DNA from: Octopus sinensis
Lineage: Eukaryota
Assembly: GCF_006345805.1 (NCBI RefSeq)
Contig: NC_042997.1
Span: 114,390,001-114,454,000 of the forward strand
Length of the DNA: 64,000 nucleotides
Direction: 5' to 3'
The notes under the pieces are model-generated. The model was not told where the DNA came from. It was given only the letters and a program-made list of their open reading frames with translations, and made no database searches. Of the stretch, positions 25,542-38,819 are shown in pieces. The number at the start of each line of letters is the position of its first letter. Position 1 is the first letter of the stretch. A program made the translations under genes and the position numbers.

Positions 25542-25900
25542 TCTATACATATAAAATAAAGTTTGCGTGTGTGTGTGTGTGCGTGTGCATGTTTCTTATG
25601 GATTTGAAAACTGAGTTGCCAATTTTGATGTATGAGGTGTCAAAAAATTCAGTAATCTTTCAGTTACCAAATAAAGTATGTTTTTTACACAACAGCTCTT
25701 TTTTACTACAAAAATAACCTCAAAAACAAGGTCAGGTGGCACAATTTTGAGGCCTTTAGTTAAGGGAGGCAATTCTGCCTTTACGAAATCTGGACATCTT
25801 TCTTACTACTAACCATTTAACTTCAAATTACAATTGATAATTGTTGGAAGTCAAGTAGATTGAGATGTACATACACAGTGGAAATTCAATACAGAGTTTT
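25542..25900 (+). mobile_element. Possible Helitron-like 5' fragment
   Basis: Starts tctatacatataaaa followed by (GT)n and a caattttgatg motif; a similar short relic lies at about 55731-55840. No 3' end identified. Confidence 0.3.
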
Positions 25901-27058
25901 GAACTCATTATCTTGTGGTTAGTAATCCATTACCTTAAATTTGAAGCTATTAAGTCTTTAAACATTATTTTACTGGGTTTAGTCTTTCGACTGCCACCAT
26001 GATTGGGTTCACCTCCAAAACTTTAATTGATTAAACTGACCTCAGTACATATTTCAATCTGACATTTATTTTATAGATCTCTGCTTGATGAACTGCTAAC
26101 TTTGAGACATAGTGGGACACAATACTTGATTTAACAACAAATGTAAACACACACACAAGAATGACTGTGTGGTTGAGAATTTGCTTCCCAACCACATGGT
26201 TCCATGTTCAGTTCCTTTACATGGTGCCTTGGGCAAGTGTTTTCTACTATAGCCCTACACCAACCACAGACTTGTGACAGAATTTGGTAGATAGAAACTG
26301 CAGCATTGATCATCAGAAAATGACTGAAAAACATGTTTATAAAGAAGAGTTGTTTGTTTCATACACCTCGTGTGCCAATTCTGCCCATAAGAAAGGAACA
26401 AATAATACGATGCGGCTGTAGGTCATAACACCTGGGTAATGCTGGGGTGCATTGCTAGTCATAAATAAAGGTAGAACAGAATTGCATCCTTTTCTCTGCA
26501 TTCATATTCTGCATCTGACTATTTACTTCTCATACAGCCTCATTACCATAAGAAATAGTATGTACCTACACTAGAAACGATGGAATACTTTCCAACCTAG
26601 CTGGTCACCGCCTAAAGACCAAGTTCCTTCAGGCCAGGGTCAAAGAATGATAATTTACAAATGACGATCCATTCTGAGGGTTTTCAGATGTTTACCAAGA
26701 ATCTTTGCAAGTAAGTACAAATTCACCTTTAGACTGAAGAAAAAAAAATCATAGGTCCAGCCACAGGTCAACAACTTCCCAGGGTAATTCCTGTTGTTTA
26801 TTAACCTCAGTTCCTTTTTTCTTTGCAATGTTAGGCAAATAAAAGACAGATACAAATAGTAGGCAACCAAATATAGGATTCATACCAATCCTTTGCTATA
26901 AGGATAGCTGTAAACCCAATAAGAAGTTTCCACAGAGTATGTGGAGACATAGATCAGAGTTGGAAAAAACTCAATAAAGACAGTGATCAGTGAAGATGAG
27001 ATTTGAGAAAAAGGGAGGAAGAATAAATAGCAAAAAATAGATATTCCACTACAAACAG

Positions 27059-29014
27059 AGTCTGTGTAACAAGAGAGACATTAGTCAACGAGAGCCTCTA
27101 CATCAGCAGTTCTCAAATGTGGCTTCCAGGACAGCATGTGGCCCTCAAGCATCCCTCCAGCAGCCCCAGACGGTTTTCCCTCCATAAATATAGTAAATTT
27201 TTCTTAAATAGACTTGTGTTTTACTTTTCTAGTGCAGTCCCCCCACCTCTAAAAAAATCCAGGTTTGGGATCTGGACCACATATTAAAAAGGCTGGGAAC
27301 CAGTGCTCACTGTAGTCTCTCTCTCTCTCTCTGTTTGAAACAGCAGCTAAATTCCTTAAATCACAATTCTTTGTTTAAAAAAAAAAAGCATATGGGACAG
27401 CAGAAATTCCTTTCATAATAAAGACTGCTCCATCAGGTTTAACCCGGGGCTAAACAACAACTATCACTCAAGAAATATTTGCACAAGAACAGTAGGCGCT
27501 GTTTAACAATGAAGACCTCGATGTATGCCAACACAACAATGTGTTCAGTAACTTAACAGTATAAAAAACTTATATATTATTCTATGCAAACAGTGCAAAA
27601 TATATAACACAGATAAATATAAAAAGAAATCATGAAAAGCAAAGGAAAATAACAATAACAGTAACCAAGTAAGAATGTTAAAAATTCCTGTTTACAGTAT
27701 ATACTAGATAATGGAGAGTGAGATCAGCAATATTTTGCATATTTTGTGAATTCTTGTAATATGACTTTACAACTTTCATTATGAAAATGACTACTTAGAT
27801 GTGTAAGCCAATGGAGGAGTCATTACTTTATTGTTCAACCTACACCTACATCCAGTAGTCTTTGGAAAGAAAAAAACTACATTGAATAAAGCAATCATGT
27901 TTACTTCTAAAAAGTCTGTGTAACAAGAGAGACATTAGTCAACGAGAGCCTCTACATCAGCAGTTCTCAAATGTGGCTTCCAGGACAGCATGTGGCCCTC
28001 AAGCATCCCTCCAGCAGCCCCAGACGGTTTTCCCTCCATAAATATAGTAAATTTTTCTTAAATAGACTTGTGTTTTACTTTTCTAGTGCAGTCCCCCCAC
28101 CCCTAAAAAAATCCAGGTTTGGGATCTGGACCACATATTAAAAAGGCTGGGAACCAGTGCTCACTGTAGTCTCTCTCTCTCTCTCTGTTTGAAACAGCAG
28201 CTAAATTCCTTAAATCACAATTCTTTGTTTAAAAAAAAAAAGCATATGGGACAGCAGAAATTCCTTTCATAATAAAGACTGCTCCATCAGGTTTAACCCG
28301 GGGCTAAACAACAACTATCACTCAAGAAATATTTGCACAAGAACAGTAGGCGCTGTTTAACAATGAAGACCTCGATGTATGCCAACACAACAATGTGTTC
28401 AGTAACTTAACAGTATAAAAAACTTATATATTATTCTATGCAAACAGTGCAAAATATATAACACAGATAAATATAAAAAGAAATCATGAAAAGCAAAGGA
28501 AAATAACAATAACAGTAACCAAGTAAGAATGTTAAAAATTCCTGTTTACAGTATATACTAGATAATGGAGAGTGAGATCAGCAATATTTTGCATATTTTG
28601 TGAATTCTTGTAATATGACTTTACAACTTTCATTATGAAAATGACTACTTAGATGTGTAAGCCAATGGAGGAGTCATTACTTTATTGTTCAACCTACACC
28701 TACATCCAGTAGTCTTTGGAAAGAAAAAACTACATTGAATAAAGCAATCATGTTTACTTCTAAAAAGTCTGTGTAACAAGAGAGACATTAGTCAACGAGA
28801 GCCTCTACATCAGCAGTTCTCAAATGTGGCTTCCAGGACAGCATGTGGCCCTCAAGCATCCCTCCAGCAGCCCCAGACGGTTTTCCCTCCATAAATATAG
28901 TAAATTTTTCTTAAATAGACTTGTGTTTTACTTTTCTAGTGCAGTCCCCCCACCCCTAAAAAAATCCAGGTTTGGGATCTGGACCAGATATTAAAAAGGC
29001 TGGAAACCAGTGCT
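27059..29014. repeat. Tandem duplication, 2.3 copies of an 854/853-bp unit
   Basis: Units start at 27059, 27913 and 28766; copies differ at only about 4 sites I could see. Each unit contains a hAT-like MITE (27104-27305). Confidence 0.97.
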
Positions 29015-29773
29015 GAAATGATACTGATTCTAGTTCTACTCAATCTGGAGATAAAGTAATTTTACAGACAGATGTTGAATGAACGAATGAATGAACACAC
29101 ACACACACACACATGATATTACTTGCTGGATCTGGAAGGAAAAAAACAGTGCCATGACATTTGCAGGCCCTCTGAGACCAGTGAGTTTGATGCTAATATT
29201 CTGTCTAAACTGTTGCTAATAAATACCTAATGGAAACACATGATTAGGGAAGAGATTCCAAATGGATGATTTTCTAAGAAAGAAGGACTAAACATAGTAA
29301 TGATAGAAGAGTCAGTAAGAGAAGACAGCATACTTGGCTAGAGACCAGAACATTTCAGTGAGTGATCCAGGTAAGGGCCAATTAAAAGATTGGCTCTTCT
29401 CCGGATGCAGTCCAGGATGTTTGTTTGAATAGCAGCAGCACTGTTCCAGATGTGGGAACATTACTTCTCTGTGGGCCTTACTTATGCTTTGTAGAATATC
29501 AACAATTGTTGGAGGCCAGTCTTTAAGATGTTGTCCCAGCTACGTTAAGCTGTGCTTTCACCAAGAGTCATATCATCTGGATAAGAGTGGACATTGTTGG
29601 ACATAATGGTAAAGAGGTCATAGATTTACAAGAAGAGAGTAGAGGACAAAATCAAACCTAGGGCAAACCAAACTGAGAGTGGAATGAAAGAACTCTGTCA
29701 AAAGATACCATAACAGTGTCATCAGATAGGAAGCTACTGATCCCCCAAAAATGAGAAATTGGTGGAACTCATA

Positions 29774-30985
29774 CAAGGTAGTATCAAAAAGTTCCCGGAC
29801 TAGCTCTGTAGCATGGTAACAGATGGCAGCACATAGCTGGCTGCATGTGCAGTGAGAGCTAGCAGTGACCTTCATGAGGCAGTGTGCAGAGTGACATTGC
29901 TATGTTCACTTTGCAAGTTGTGAAATTTGTGTTTTTGTGATCATGTGTATGCTGTAGTCTGTGACTTTGTCATGGACAGGAAGTTGGAAGAAAGAGCCAA
30001 TATGAAATTTTGCATGAAACTTGGGAAGCCTGCTACAGAGACATTGAGCATGCTTTGGAAAACTTATGGCGATAAGGCAATGGATCATATGCAATGTTTC
30101 AAGTGGCATGGGTGCTTCAAAACATAAGAACATCCCTAGAAGATGAGCAATCTGGAATACCTGCCACAAGTGTCACCCCTGGAAATGTGGAAAAAATTCA
30201 TTGTGCATGAGGATCATCAAATGACAATCAACAACATTGCTGATGTTGTTGGTCTGTCATAGGAGTCTGTGCAAGCAAACCTAACATCTGAATTGAACAT
30301 GTGGTGTGTGTGTGTGCCAAATTTGTCCTCCACCTGCTGACCACTGAGTAGAAAGAACATCACGTCAAAGTGTGTCAAGATCTCCATTAGCATGCAGCTG
30401 CTGACCTGTCCTTCATATTGAGGATCATTACTGGTGGCGAGAGTTGATTCTACAGGCAGGACCCTGAGATAAAGCAAGCAGTTGTCAAAATGGAAGAGCC
30501 CTTCATGACCAAAGAAGGCACAGCAGAGCCACAGCTTAATCAAGAGTATGTTCGTTGTTTTCTTCAACAACCACAGTATTGTGCATTGAGAATTCATCCC
30601 CCAGGACCAGACTGTCAATCCAGAGTTCTACTGTGAGATTTGGAAGTGTTTAAGGAAGGATATTTGGTGAAAGTGACTGGATCTGTGGAGCACAAAAAAT
30701 TGGATTCTTCATGAAGACAATGCACTCTATTCCCAAGCTCTCTTCACATGAGAGTTTCTTACCAAAAACAACATGGTATTGCTTCCAGTTTTAGCACCTG
30801 CAGACTTCCATCTCTTCCTCAAAATGGAAATGCAGCTCAAAGATCACCATTTTAACACCATTGTCAAGATCAAGAGTGAATTTCTGAAGGTCCTCAACTC
30901 ACACGCATAAAACAACTTCCAAGCCAGATTACAAAAGTGGCATGAACACTGGGACAAGTGTATTGCTGTGCAAAGTGATTCTCTA
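29774..30985 (+). mobile_element. Second mariner-family relic, right TIR missing
   Basis: Starts ta|caaggtagtatcaaaaagttcccggac. Remnants EERANMKFCMKLGKPATETL, IITG.ES, WILHEDNA, APADFHLF and WDKCIA, with many stops. Confidence 0.88.
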
Positions 30986-31345
30986 AAGCAAAAGCTTACT
31001 GGAGAGTGATATATGAGAATGGGTCTCAGTGGATTTGGCTGAACAGAAGCCATACTAGCAGTCATTGAGGAGAAAGAGATTAACAGTGTTGGAGAATATT
31101 GTTAATAGCTAAGATGTTAAAAGTGAGAGCAATACAATGATAGTTGGCAGAGTCAGTGAGGTGGCCTTTCTTGGGAATAGGTCACACAGAGGCATACTCC
31201 CAAATGTCAGGTTATAGCTCTATAAAAAGTGAGAAATTATACAATTTAGTGAGTAGAGGGGCAAAGTCTAGGGCTCAATGTTTGTGCTTAATGGAAAGGA
31301 CATTATCAAGGCTAATGATCTTGTTAATTTCAACCTGGCTCCTTC

Positions 31346-31589
31346 GCATGCATGCATGCATGCATGCATACATACATACATACATACATGTATGCATACA
31401 TACATACATGCATGCATACATACATGCATGCATGCATACATACATACATACATACATACATACATACATACATACATACATGCATGCATGCATGCATGCA
31501 TACATACATACATACATACATACATACACACACATACATACATACACACATACACACACACACACACACACACAAACACACGCACACAC
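31346..31589. repeat. Compound (CATG)/(CATA)/(CA)n microsatellite
   Basis: Direct reading. Confidence 0.97.
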
Positions 31590-34500
31590 TTAGCATGTGC
31601 GTACATGAGGTGGGGAACCTGGTGGGGCTGAAAGAACAGATTTTGAGCCATTATTGTTTGTTGAGAAGCAGAGGAAAACCTCTCTGAAGTTAGTGGAAAT
31701 TCTTTTGCTGGAGATCAAAAGGCTCAACTGAAGTTTGGGAGGTGGGAAAGTTTGAGAGCCATGCAATATATGAAGATACCCTTTGCAGACTGGATAGCAG
31801 TCTTACATGAGTTGCACTTCAGGGTGGAATGCCACCCAGTTTGAGGAAACTGGTAACTTTCTCTAGGCACTGTGAATGTTGTGTTTTGACTGCATAGCTC
31901 CAGTACAGTTATGAGGGAACTACTTGGGACACATGGGATACTGAGTTTTTGTTGTATGTAGCATGTGGAAGGGACATAGCTAAAAGAATGTATTCAGTCA
32001 TCTGTCTGTTTCTGATGGGTTAAGAGAGAAGCAGACATACTGCCAGGAGTAATTGCAATAAAACTGATAGAGTTCTGATCAGTTGGTTGACCTGTGGTGT
32101 AATGAGGTCTGTGTAAACCAGGGGTTCTCAACCATTTTTTATTTATGGACCTCTTTTGATTATTATTTTATTCTGGTGGACCCCCACAATTATTCGATGT
32201 TTAAAATCTAGTTTAATAGAAATTTCTTTCACATTCCTATTTTGTTATTTACACATTAACTTGTGTAGGTTGAACTATGTAGAATGTTAGAAAAAGAAAC
32301 CCAGCTGTTTCTTGCAATATATTTTCCAATACATCATCATCATCATCATCATCATTGTTTAACGTCTGCTTTCCATGCTAGCTTGGGTTGGACGATTTGA
32401 CTGAGGACTGGCGAACCAGATGGTGCACCAAGCTCCAATCTGATCTGACAGAGTTTCTACAGCTGGATGCCCTTCCTAACACCAACCACTCCGAGAGTGT
32501 AGTGGGTGCTTTTAAAGTGCCACCGGCACGAGGGCCAGTCTGGTGGTACTGGCAACGGCCACGTTCGAAAATGGTGTTTTTTACGTGCCACCTGCACAGG
32601 AGCCAGTCCAGCAGCACTGGCAATGACCTCGCTCGAATATTTTGCTCACATGCCACCAGCACAAGTGCTAGTGAGGTGATACTGACAACGATCACGCTCA
32701 AATGGTGCTCTTTACGTGCAAGACAGCTGCTCTGGCAGTGATCCCACTTGGATGAAGCTGTTAGCGCTCCACTGGCATGGGTGCCAGTTGTCGAATTTGG
32801 TTACATCTAAGGTAAAATTTTTTTCAGGGGCCCTTAAATTACTATTGTGGACCCCCAGTTTACTATTTTGCTTGTGGGGACCCTCAAAAATTTTATATGG
32901 ACCCTGGTTGAGAACCACTGGTGTAGACTGTGATCGTGTGTTGGACAGTTGCAATGATACAGTGCTCAGATTACCAAATATATACAGAGGCAAGTTGTGA
33001 TTCCATAAGGGTGAGGCTCTGATGTGAAAAAGAGATTAAAGGTGTTTGGGTGTCTGTGTGTCAGTCAAGAATGTGAGCAGATGATGAAACAAAATGGTGT
33101 AAAGATTTGAGAATGGACAAGGATTTGGCTTCTGCCCTGGCAGCATTGGCATGCAATGAGTGCAAGAGCCAAGAGGGATTATGAATGTTGCATCAGCATA
33201 ATAACCCTTCTTGTTTCTGTCAGTCAGTTTAATAGCCTTTCTAATTTTACAATAATCTATCTCTCTAATTTAGGAACAATTTGAGGTTTATAAATGTTTA
33301 CTTTATGTAAACTTTGGATCAACAGTGATAGAGATTCTGTTTAGGATTAAACATAAAGAGTCAAGTTAATTATACTTTCTATCTATCAGAATATATTTAA
33401 TTAAAATATCCAATTTAAAATATATCTCTTCATTGCCTTTTTTTATGATCTAAAAATAATAAAATTGAAGTTTTTGAAAAAAAGACAGCAAAATAATCTG
33501 TACAACGATAACAAATAGCAGAAAGAAACCTCTGTGTGCGCATGTGCATGCTTGTTTTGAGATCATGTAATGATTGTAAACCAGCACTATTGTGCTAGAA
33601 GCAATGTCATTCATTTCCAGTCTTCTGAGAAAAACATGTCTGGCCAAGGGGAAATATCACTACTTGTAAACAGGTGAGGGTTACACCTCAATAGATTCCA
33701 TCTGACTCATGCAAGCATGGAAAAGTGGCTGTTATGATGATGATGATAATGATGATGCAGTGTTTGGACACAAAGACAGCTAAATCCAAGTTGTTGAGCG
33801 ATAAGGGATTAAAGTAGTTATTTATTTTATAAGAAAGTAATAGGAAGTGTAACCAACAGGAAATATAGAAGTATCTCAAATAGAATGACAGTAAATCAAT
33901 TCTTGAAGAGCTTATAATTACAACCATGCAACTGGCAATGTTGAGTAGCCTAGGCCTAAAAACTATATATGGATTGCTGTTATGCTTCATATCAAATAGT
34001 AGATTATATGAGCTAGATGACCTATTCTGTGTTGGGGGTCAAGTTATTGTTACTCTAATAATAGGAATTCGAAGTAGTTGAAAAAAGGTTGCAGATTGAT
34101 GACAACCATTTCATAAAGATATATTAGATTTTCCTATAAAATGTAACATGATATTAAGACATGATATTGAATATGAATGAACCCCCTCCTCCACCAGAAA
34201 AAAAAAGGAAAAATAATAGTTATTAGAGACAATGATTACTGATTAAAATAGACGACATGAGATCAACAAATTGCAGACAATGATAGATAACTTGGCTAGA
34301 TGAAAGAAAACAATTTGTTTCAGTTAGATATATTACAGATCTAATGATTACCATTCAAATTAACACCAGTTTTATAAACTGTATTATTTCAATAGTATTA
34401 AAATTGAGAATAAAACCAATAATACTGATGAAAGGTAATTTTATATTCTTTAAAAATATTTTAAAGTTTTTAAACATTATAAATTAGAATGTCTAAAACT

Positions 34501-34695
34501 AATGATATTAATTGACCTGTTTTATGTGTAGAGTTATAAATTATAACTGCAACATTACAATAATTATTGCACAGACAAATTCAAATTTTCAGTATACATG
34601 CTTAAAAATGTCATTATTATTATTAACAACAAAACTATCATTTAAAAGTTCTACAACAATCAACAAAATATTTTCAAAATATGATATCTCCTTAC

Positions 34696-34956
34696 CAATG
34701 CCAAATGGGGATTGAGAAATCTGGCTTTTTGAGCATCAGCCAAGCTTTCAGCATGTTTATGTAGATTAGCAAATGATGCAGATCTATATACAAAAAGAAA
34801 GGGATTTTGAGAATCCATGGCAATTGCTTCAGTATAAAGTCCAACTGCATGATTAAAATTTCCCTTAGATATAGCCTCATTGCTTTCTTGAAGTAAAAGT
34901 TCCACTTCACTGTTGTTGCTGGTAGAAGAAATACAATGAGGATCAGGACTCTCCAC
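34696..34956 (-). CDS. TTC28: Internal coding exon of a TPR protein, TTC28-like (N-terminal TPR unit)
   Basis: 261-bp phase 0/0 exon with acceptor ttttattttataag|GTG and donor TTG|gtaagg. Translation VESPDPHCISSTSNNSEVELLLQESNEAISKGNFNHAVGLYTEAIAMDSQNPFLFVYRSASFANLHKHAESLADAQKARFLNPHLAL matches, from memory, the TTC28 N-terminus (SN.A...G.F..A..LY.EA.A.D.QN..L...RSA...L.DA.KAR.LNP). The TPR fold call is firmer than the orthology call. Confidence 0.8.
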
Positions 34957-35879
34957 CTTATAAAATAAAAAAATAAAAAAAGAGAGAATGACTTAGAGGA
35001 ATAATGATATTATTTTTTGCTTAATGGTTGGCAATATAACTTTTAACCAATAATAAATGTCAGTATTTCAATTTATAAAGCTACTTTTCATTTACCTCTT
35101 TAAAAAAAAGTTTTATTGTGCCTCTATTATATAATAAAAAGTGGTCATTTACTGAAATGGATCTGGCAATGGCGTATATTAAGAGAGAGATAGAATTACT
35201 TAAGTATTTTATGACCTGTCACTTCTTTTCAAACCTTGGTCCAAGTAACTGAAGTGGGTAAATGGAAAATATTACACTTTAAGATACTTTAGAAATAATT
35301 ACATCAATAAATCAATAAAAATTCTGATAAAAAATGAACAGCAGCTTATACTTCAAGTGAATAGAAATAGAAGAGGACAAGCCTAGCCAGCTGAAGTGAA
35401 TATATTTTACTGTGGAGATCTTACAAGACAGAAACATGTTCAATACTTTCACCAGTTGGCTTTAAAGACAAAATCCATTCCAAATATCTTTATTTCAAAA
35501 TATTTGGAGTAAATCATTGAATGCATGTCACCTAATTGTTTTTAGATTTTAATAAACACTAGAGGAAGACTTTATTTTCTAATTGCAAGTAACCCTTCAG
35601 ATAATTGAAATTTCTCAATTCACATATGTGAGACTGCCATGTGCGTGCATCCGTGTAGGTAAGTGAGTGTGTGTGTGTGTGTGATCTAAGAATCCATAAG
35701 CCAGGAAAAACAGCACTAGTATATTTGTCAATAGAGTGGATATATAACTCTTTATATTATACAGTATTATAGATCCATTTCAGCCAATTTTACCAACTGG
35801 TTTCACATAGAAATTAAGTAATAGCTTAAGACAGTGTTCATCAGAGAGGTTGGCTTGGAAAATATGTGTGTATTATATA

Positions 35880-36795
35880 AAGCAATTAAGAATATGAAGA
35901 TTGGGAAAGTCCCAGGTTCATAAGAAATTACCTCTAAATGCTTAAAATATCTGACAAAGTAGGATATGGCCTTGTCACTGGTAAATTTAATCAGGTTGGA
36001 CAAGACGGTATCATATTCAATGACTGGTGTAGCAGCATCATAGTCAACAGTTACAAAGGTAAAGGAGATGCCTTAGAAATAATTACAGAGGTATCAAATT
36101 ACTGGACCAGATTATGAAAGTCACTGGAAGAGTCCATAGCCCAATTAATTAAGGAGAGAATTAACCTAGATGAGATGCAGTTTCGTTTTGCATCAGGAAA
36201 AGCACTACTGATGCTCTCTTTATAGTTTGCCAATTGCAGGACAAGTATTTAGCAAAAAGCATTTGTTAACCTGGAAAAAAAAAACCTTTGAAAGGGTACC
36301 TTGCTCCATCATCTGATGATTGATATGGAATGTAGGAGTAAAGGAATGGCTAGTGAAAGCCATTCAAGCCATGTACAGGAATGTTGTCAGCAAAGTGAGA
36401 GTTAATAAGGTATACAGTAATGAATTTAGTACACAAGTAGGAGTACATCAGGGTTCAGTTATCAGTCCCCTCTAATTTATCCTGGTCTTCCAAGAAAACT
36501 CTAAAACTGGCTGCCCATGAGAACTCTTCTATGCTGATGACCTTATTCTAATATTAGAATTAGAAATGAAATTCCAGGTGTGGAAGCAAAATGTGGAATC
36601 AAAGAGTCTTGAAGTTAACTTAGCAAATACCAAACATCTAGTTAACAGAAAAAGACAGGATACTAATTCCTTCAGTTAAACAGCTCTGTTCTATATGTAG
36701 ACATGTTGTAGGTAGAGATTCTTAATCTTCATGTGACTCCATAAGGTTAACAAAGTAGAATTTGTTTGTGACAGATGAGCAAGAACAATAAATAA
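35880..36795 (+). mobile_element. Older decayed RTE LINE RT fragment
   Basis: Recognisable KAIKNMKIGKVPG, QFRF, HQGSV and YADD (tatgctgatgac) with many lesions. Confidence 0.85.
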
Positions 36796-38819
36796 TAACA
36801 GCACATAATAAGACCTGAGTGCAGGTTGCTTGAGATCAGCCAGGGCTGAGGAGTAGAGGTTATTGTCATAGCAGTAGAAAAGACAGAATGGAAATATAGC
36901 ATGTCTGATTTGCAGTTGTTGGAGAAATGTCAACTGCATTAACATCTGAGGACCTGTGAAGGCTATGAGCACAACCCCTTTCTTAAGGTCGGTCCAATAA
37001 AAAAAATGAATTGAACTGAAATTTTAGATATATTTATAAGCAACACAGGTAAATCTATGCGTAACTACAACATTCTGAGAAAGTGTTTTATTTTTAACAG
37101 GGTAAATCATGAAAGTAAAGCAGGAAATATATTACAATATTTTGCCATAACTGTCAATGACTCCTCTTAAATATTAAACTACCAGTTTGAAAATATTGTA
37201 GTTCCAAGCAGTGAGTTGACAGAACTGTTAGTATGCCAGGCAAAATGCTTGGCAGCATTTCAGTCATCTTTATGTTCTAAGTTCAAATTTTGTCAAGGTT
37301 GACTTTGCCTTTGATCTTTTCTGGCCAAGTTCTAGGGTCAATGTAAACAAGTAGCCCCTCCCCACAAAAAATGTCAGGTCTTGGGCCTATTGTAGAAAGG
37401 ATTATTATGTCTCCTCATATAGCATTATTGTAATAACCCATTTAGGCATCAAGGATAAATCTATCAATTGTGTTAATACAATAAATATATCGTGAAAATT
37501 CTGTAATTCCTTAAAAACAAATAACAAAACTACTACCATATTAAAATAGCTTAAAACATCTTTTGAACTAAAATGTAGAACGAACTACAGACCTAAAATA
37601 AGTTGAAATTATGATTTTTCAATTGTCAGATGTATATGCACACACACACACTTCCTTGGTTTTAATTCCAAAATTATGAGCTGAGAAATACCATATTTGA
37701 TAGCGTAAAAGATGCACAAGCATATTGAAGCACCCTAATTTCAGCAGTACATCATCATCGTTTAATGTCTGTCTTCCATGCTGGCATGGGTGGGACGGTT
37801 TGAGAAGAGCCAACCAGGCAGAAGCCTGCACCAGACTTCTGTAACTGTTTTGGTAAGATTTTTATAGCTAGATGCCCTTCCTAACACCAACTGCACAGCA
37901 GAGTGTCTTAGTGCTTTTTACATGACACAAGCACATGTGAGGTCAGTTTTGGCAAGGTTTTTACAGCTGGATGCCCTTTCAAATGCCAACCACTTTACAG
38001 TGTGGACTGAGTGTTTTTAAGTGGCATCTGCACTGACAGGGACACCAAGTACTTGCAAGACAAAAAAAATAAACTCTTTTGAGAGGGGAGGAAGCATGGA
38101 AGGAGGTGATCTTGTGTCAGGTGATGAAAGGTTATAATGTGGCAGAGAGACAGAAACAGGCGTCTTGCTGTAGATGTGGTACAAGGTTACTTGGCAGGAG
38201 AGAGAAAGATCAGCAATGAAGACAGAAACAGGTGCGCTACCGCAAAGGAAATACATGGTTACCTAACCTAATGGAAGTGCAGGAGAAGGAGAAAGAGAGT
38301 AGGAGACAGCAGGATAGAGATGGTGGCAAGTGCCATGGCATACCCTTGAAGTTTGAAATGCCATAATATAAGTGGTAGAATATTGTGAAGGAGGCGTGAT
38401 TAAAGAGTGTGGAGGCAGAGAGTGATTGGCAAAAACCTGAGTATATATAGAGTACGGTGGGGAGGGGGAGCACCAGATAGCAATGATACAGAGGAACAGA
38501 GCCATGAGGACAGGACTGGCAAGTGAGAGCTAGGCATAGTGTATGAAGAAGGAAATGTGAGGTAGAGATGTAGATTGGTTTATTGAGGTAGGGTGTGTGA
38601 AAAGTTTTGTTCTGTGTGGGTGGAACACACAGGTTGGAAGCTAGCAGAGAGCAATGATACAGTGGCATGGGGCCAAGAGGACAGGATTGGCGAGTGGGAG
38701 GTAAGCTTAGTGCATGAAGTGGAAATATGAGGAAGAGAAGAGATGTTGTTTGGTTTGTTGTGGTGGATTGTGAGAGTAATTTTCTTGTTAAGTGTGGGTG
38801 GGACACACAGCACTTCTAG

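Larger units (their letters stand above)
29300..32115 (-). mobile_element. Old CR1/L2/Jockey-group LINE, split by a mariner and a microsatellite
   Basis: Minus-strand LLIFYKA*VRP...CSHIWNS...LDCIRRRA (29350-29510) and QPNPLRPIL (about 31030); degraded RT N-terminal and linker-like sequence continues to about 32110. Confidence 0.6.

Noticed and set aside
31144-31687. Several ORFs of 88-149 aa
   Set aside because: They are translations of the (CATG)/(CATA)/(CA)n microsatellite.
33850-34130. Candidate next TPR exons (acceptors near 33957, 33950 and 34125)
   Set aside because: Phase-0 frames stop early or show no TPR similarity.
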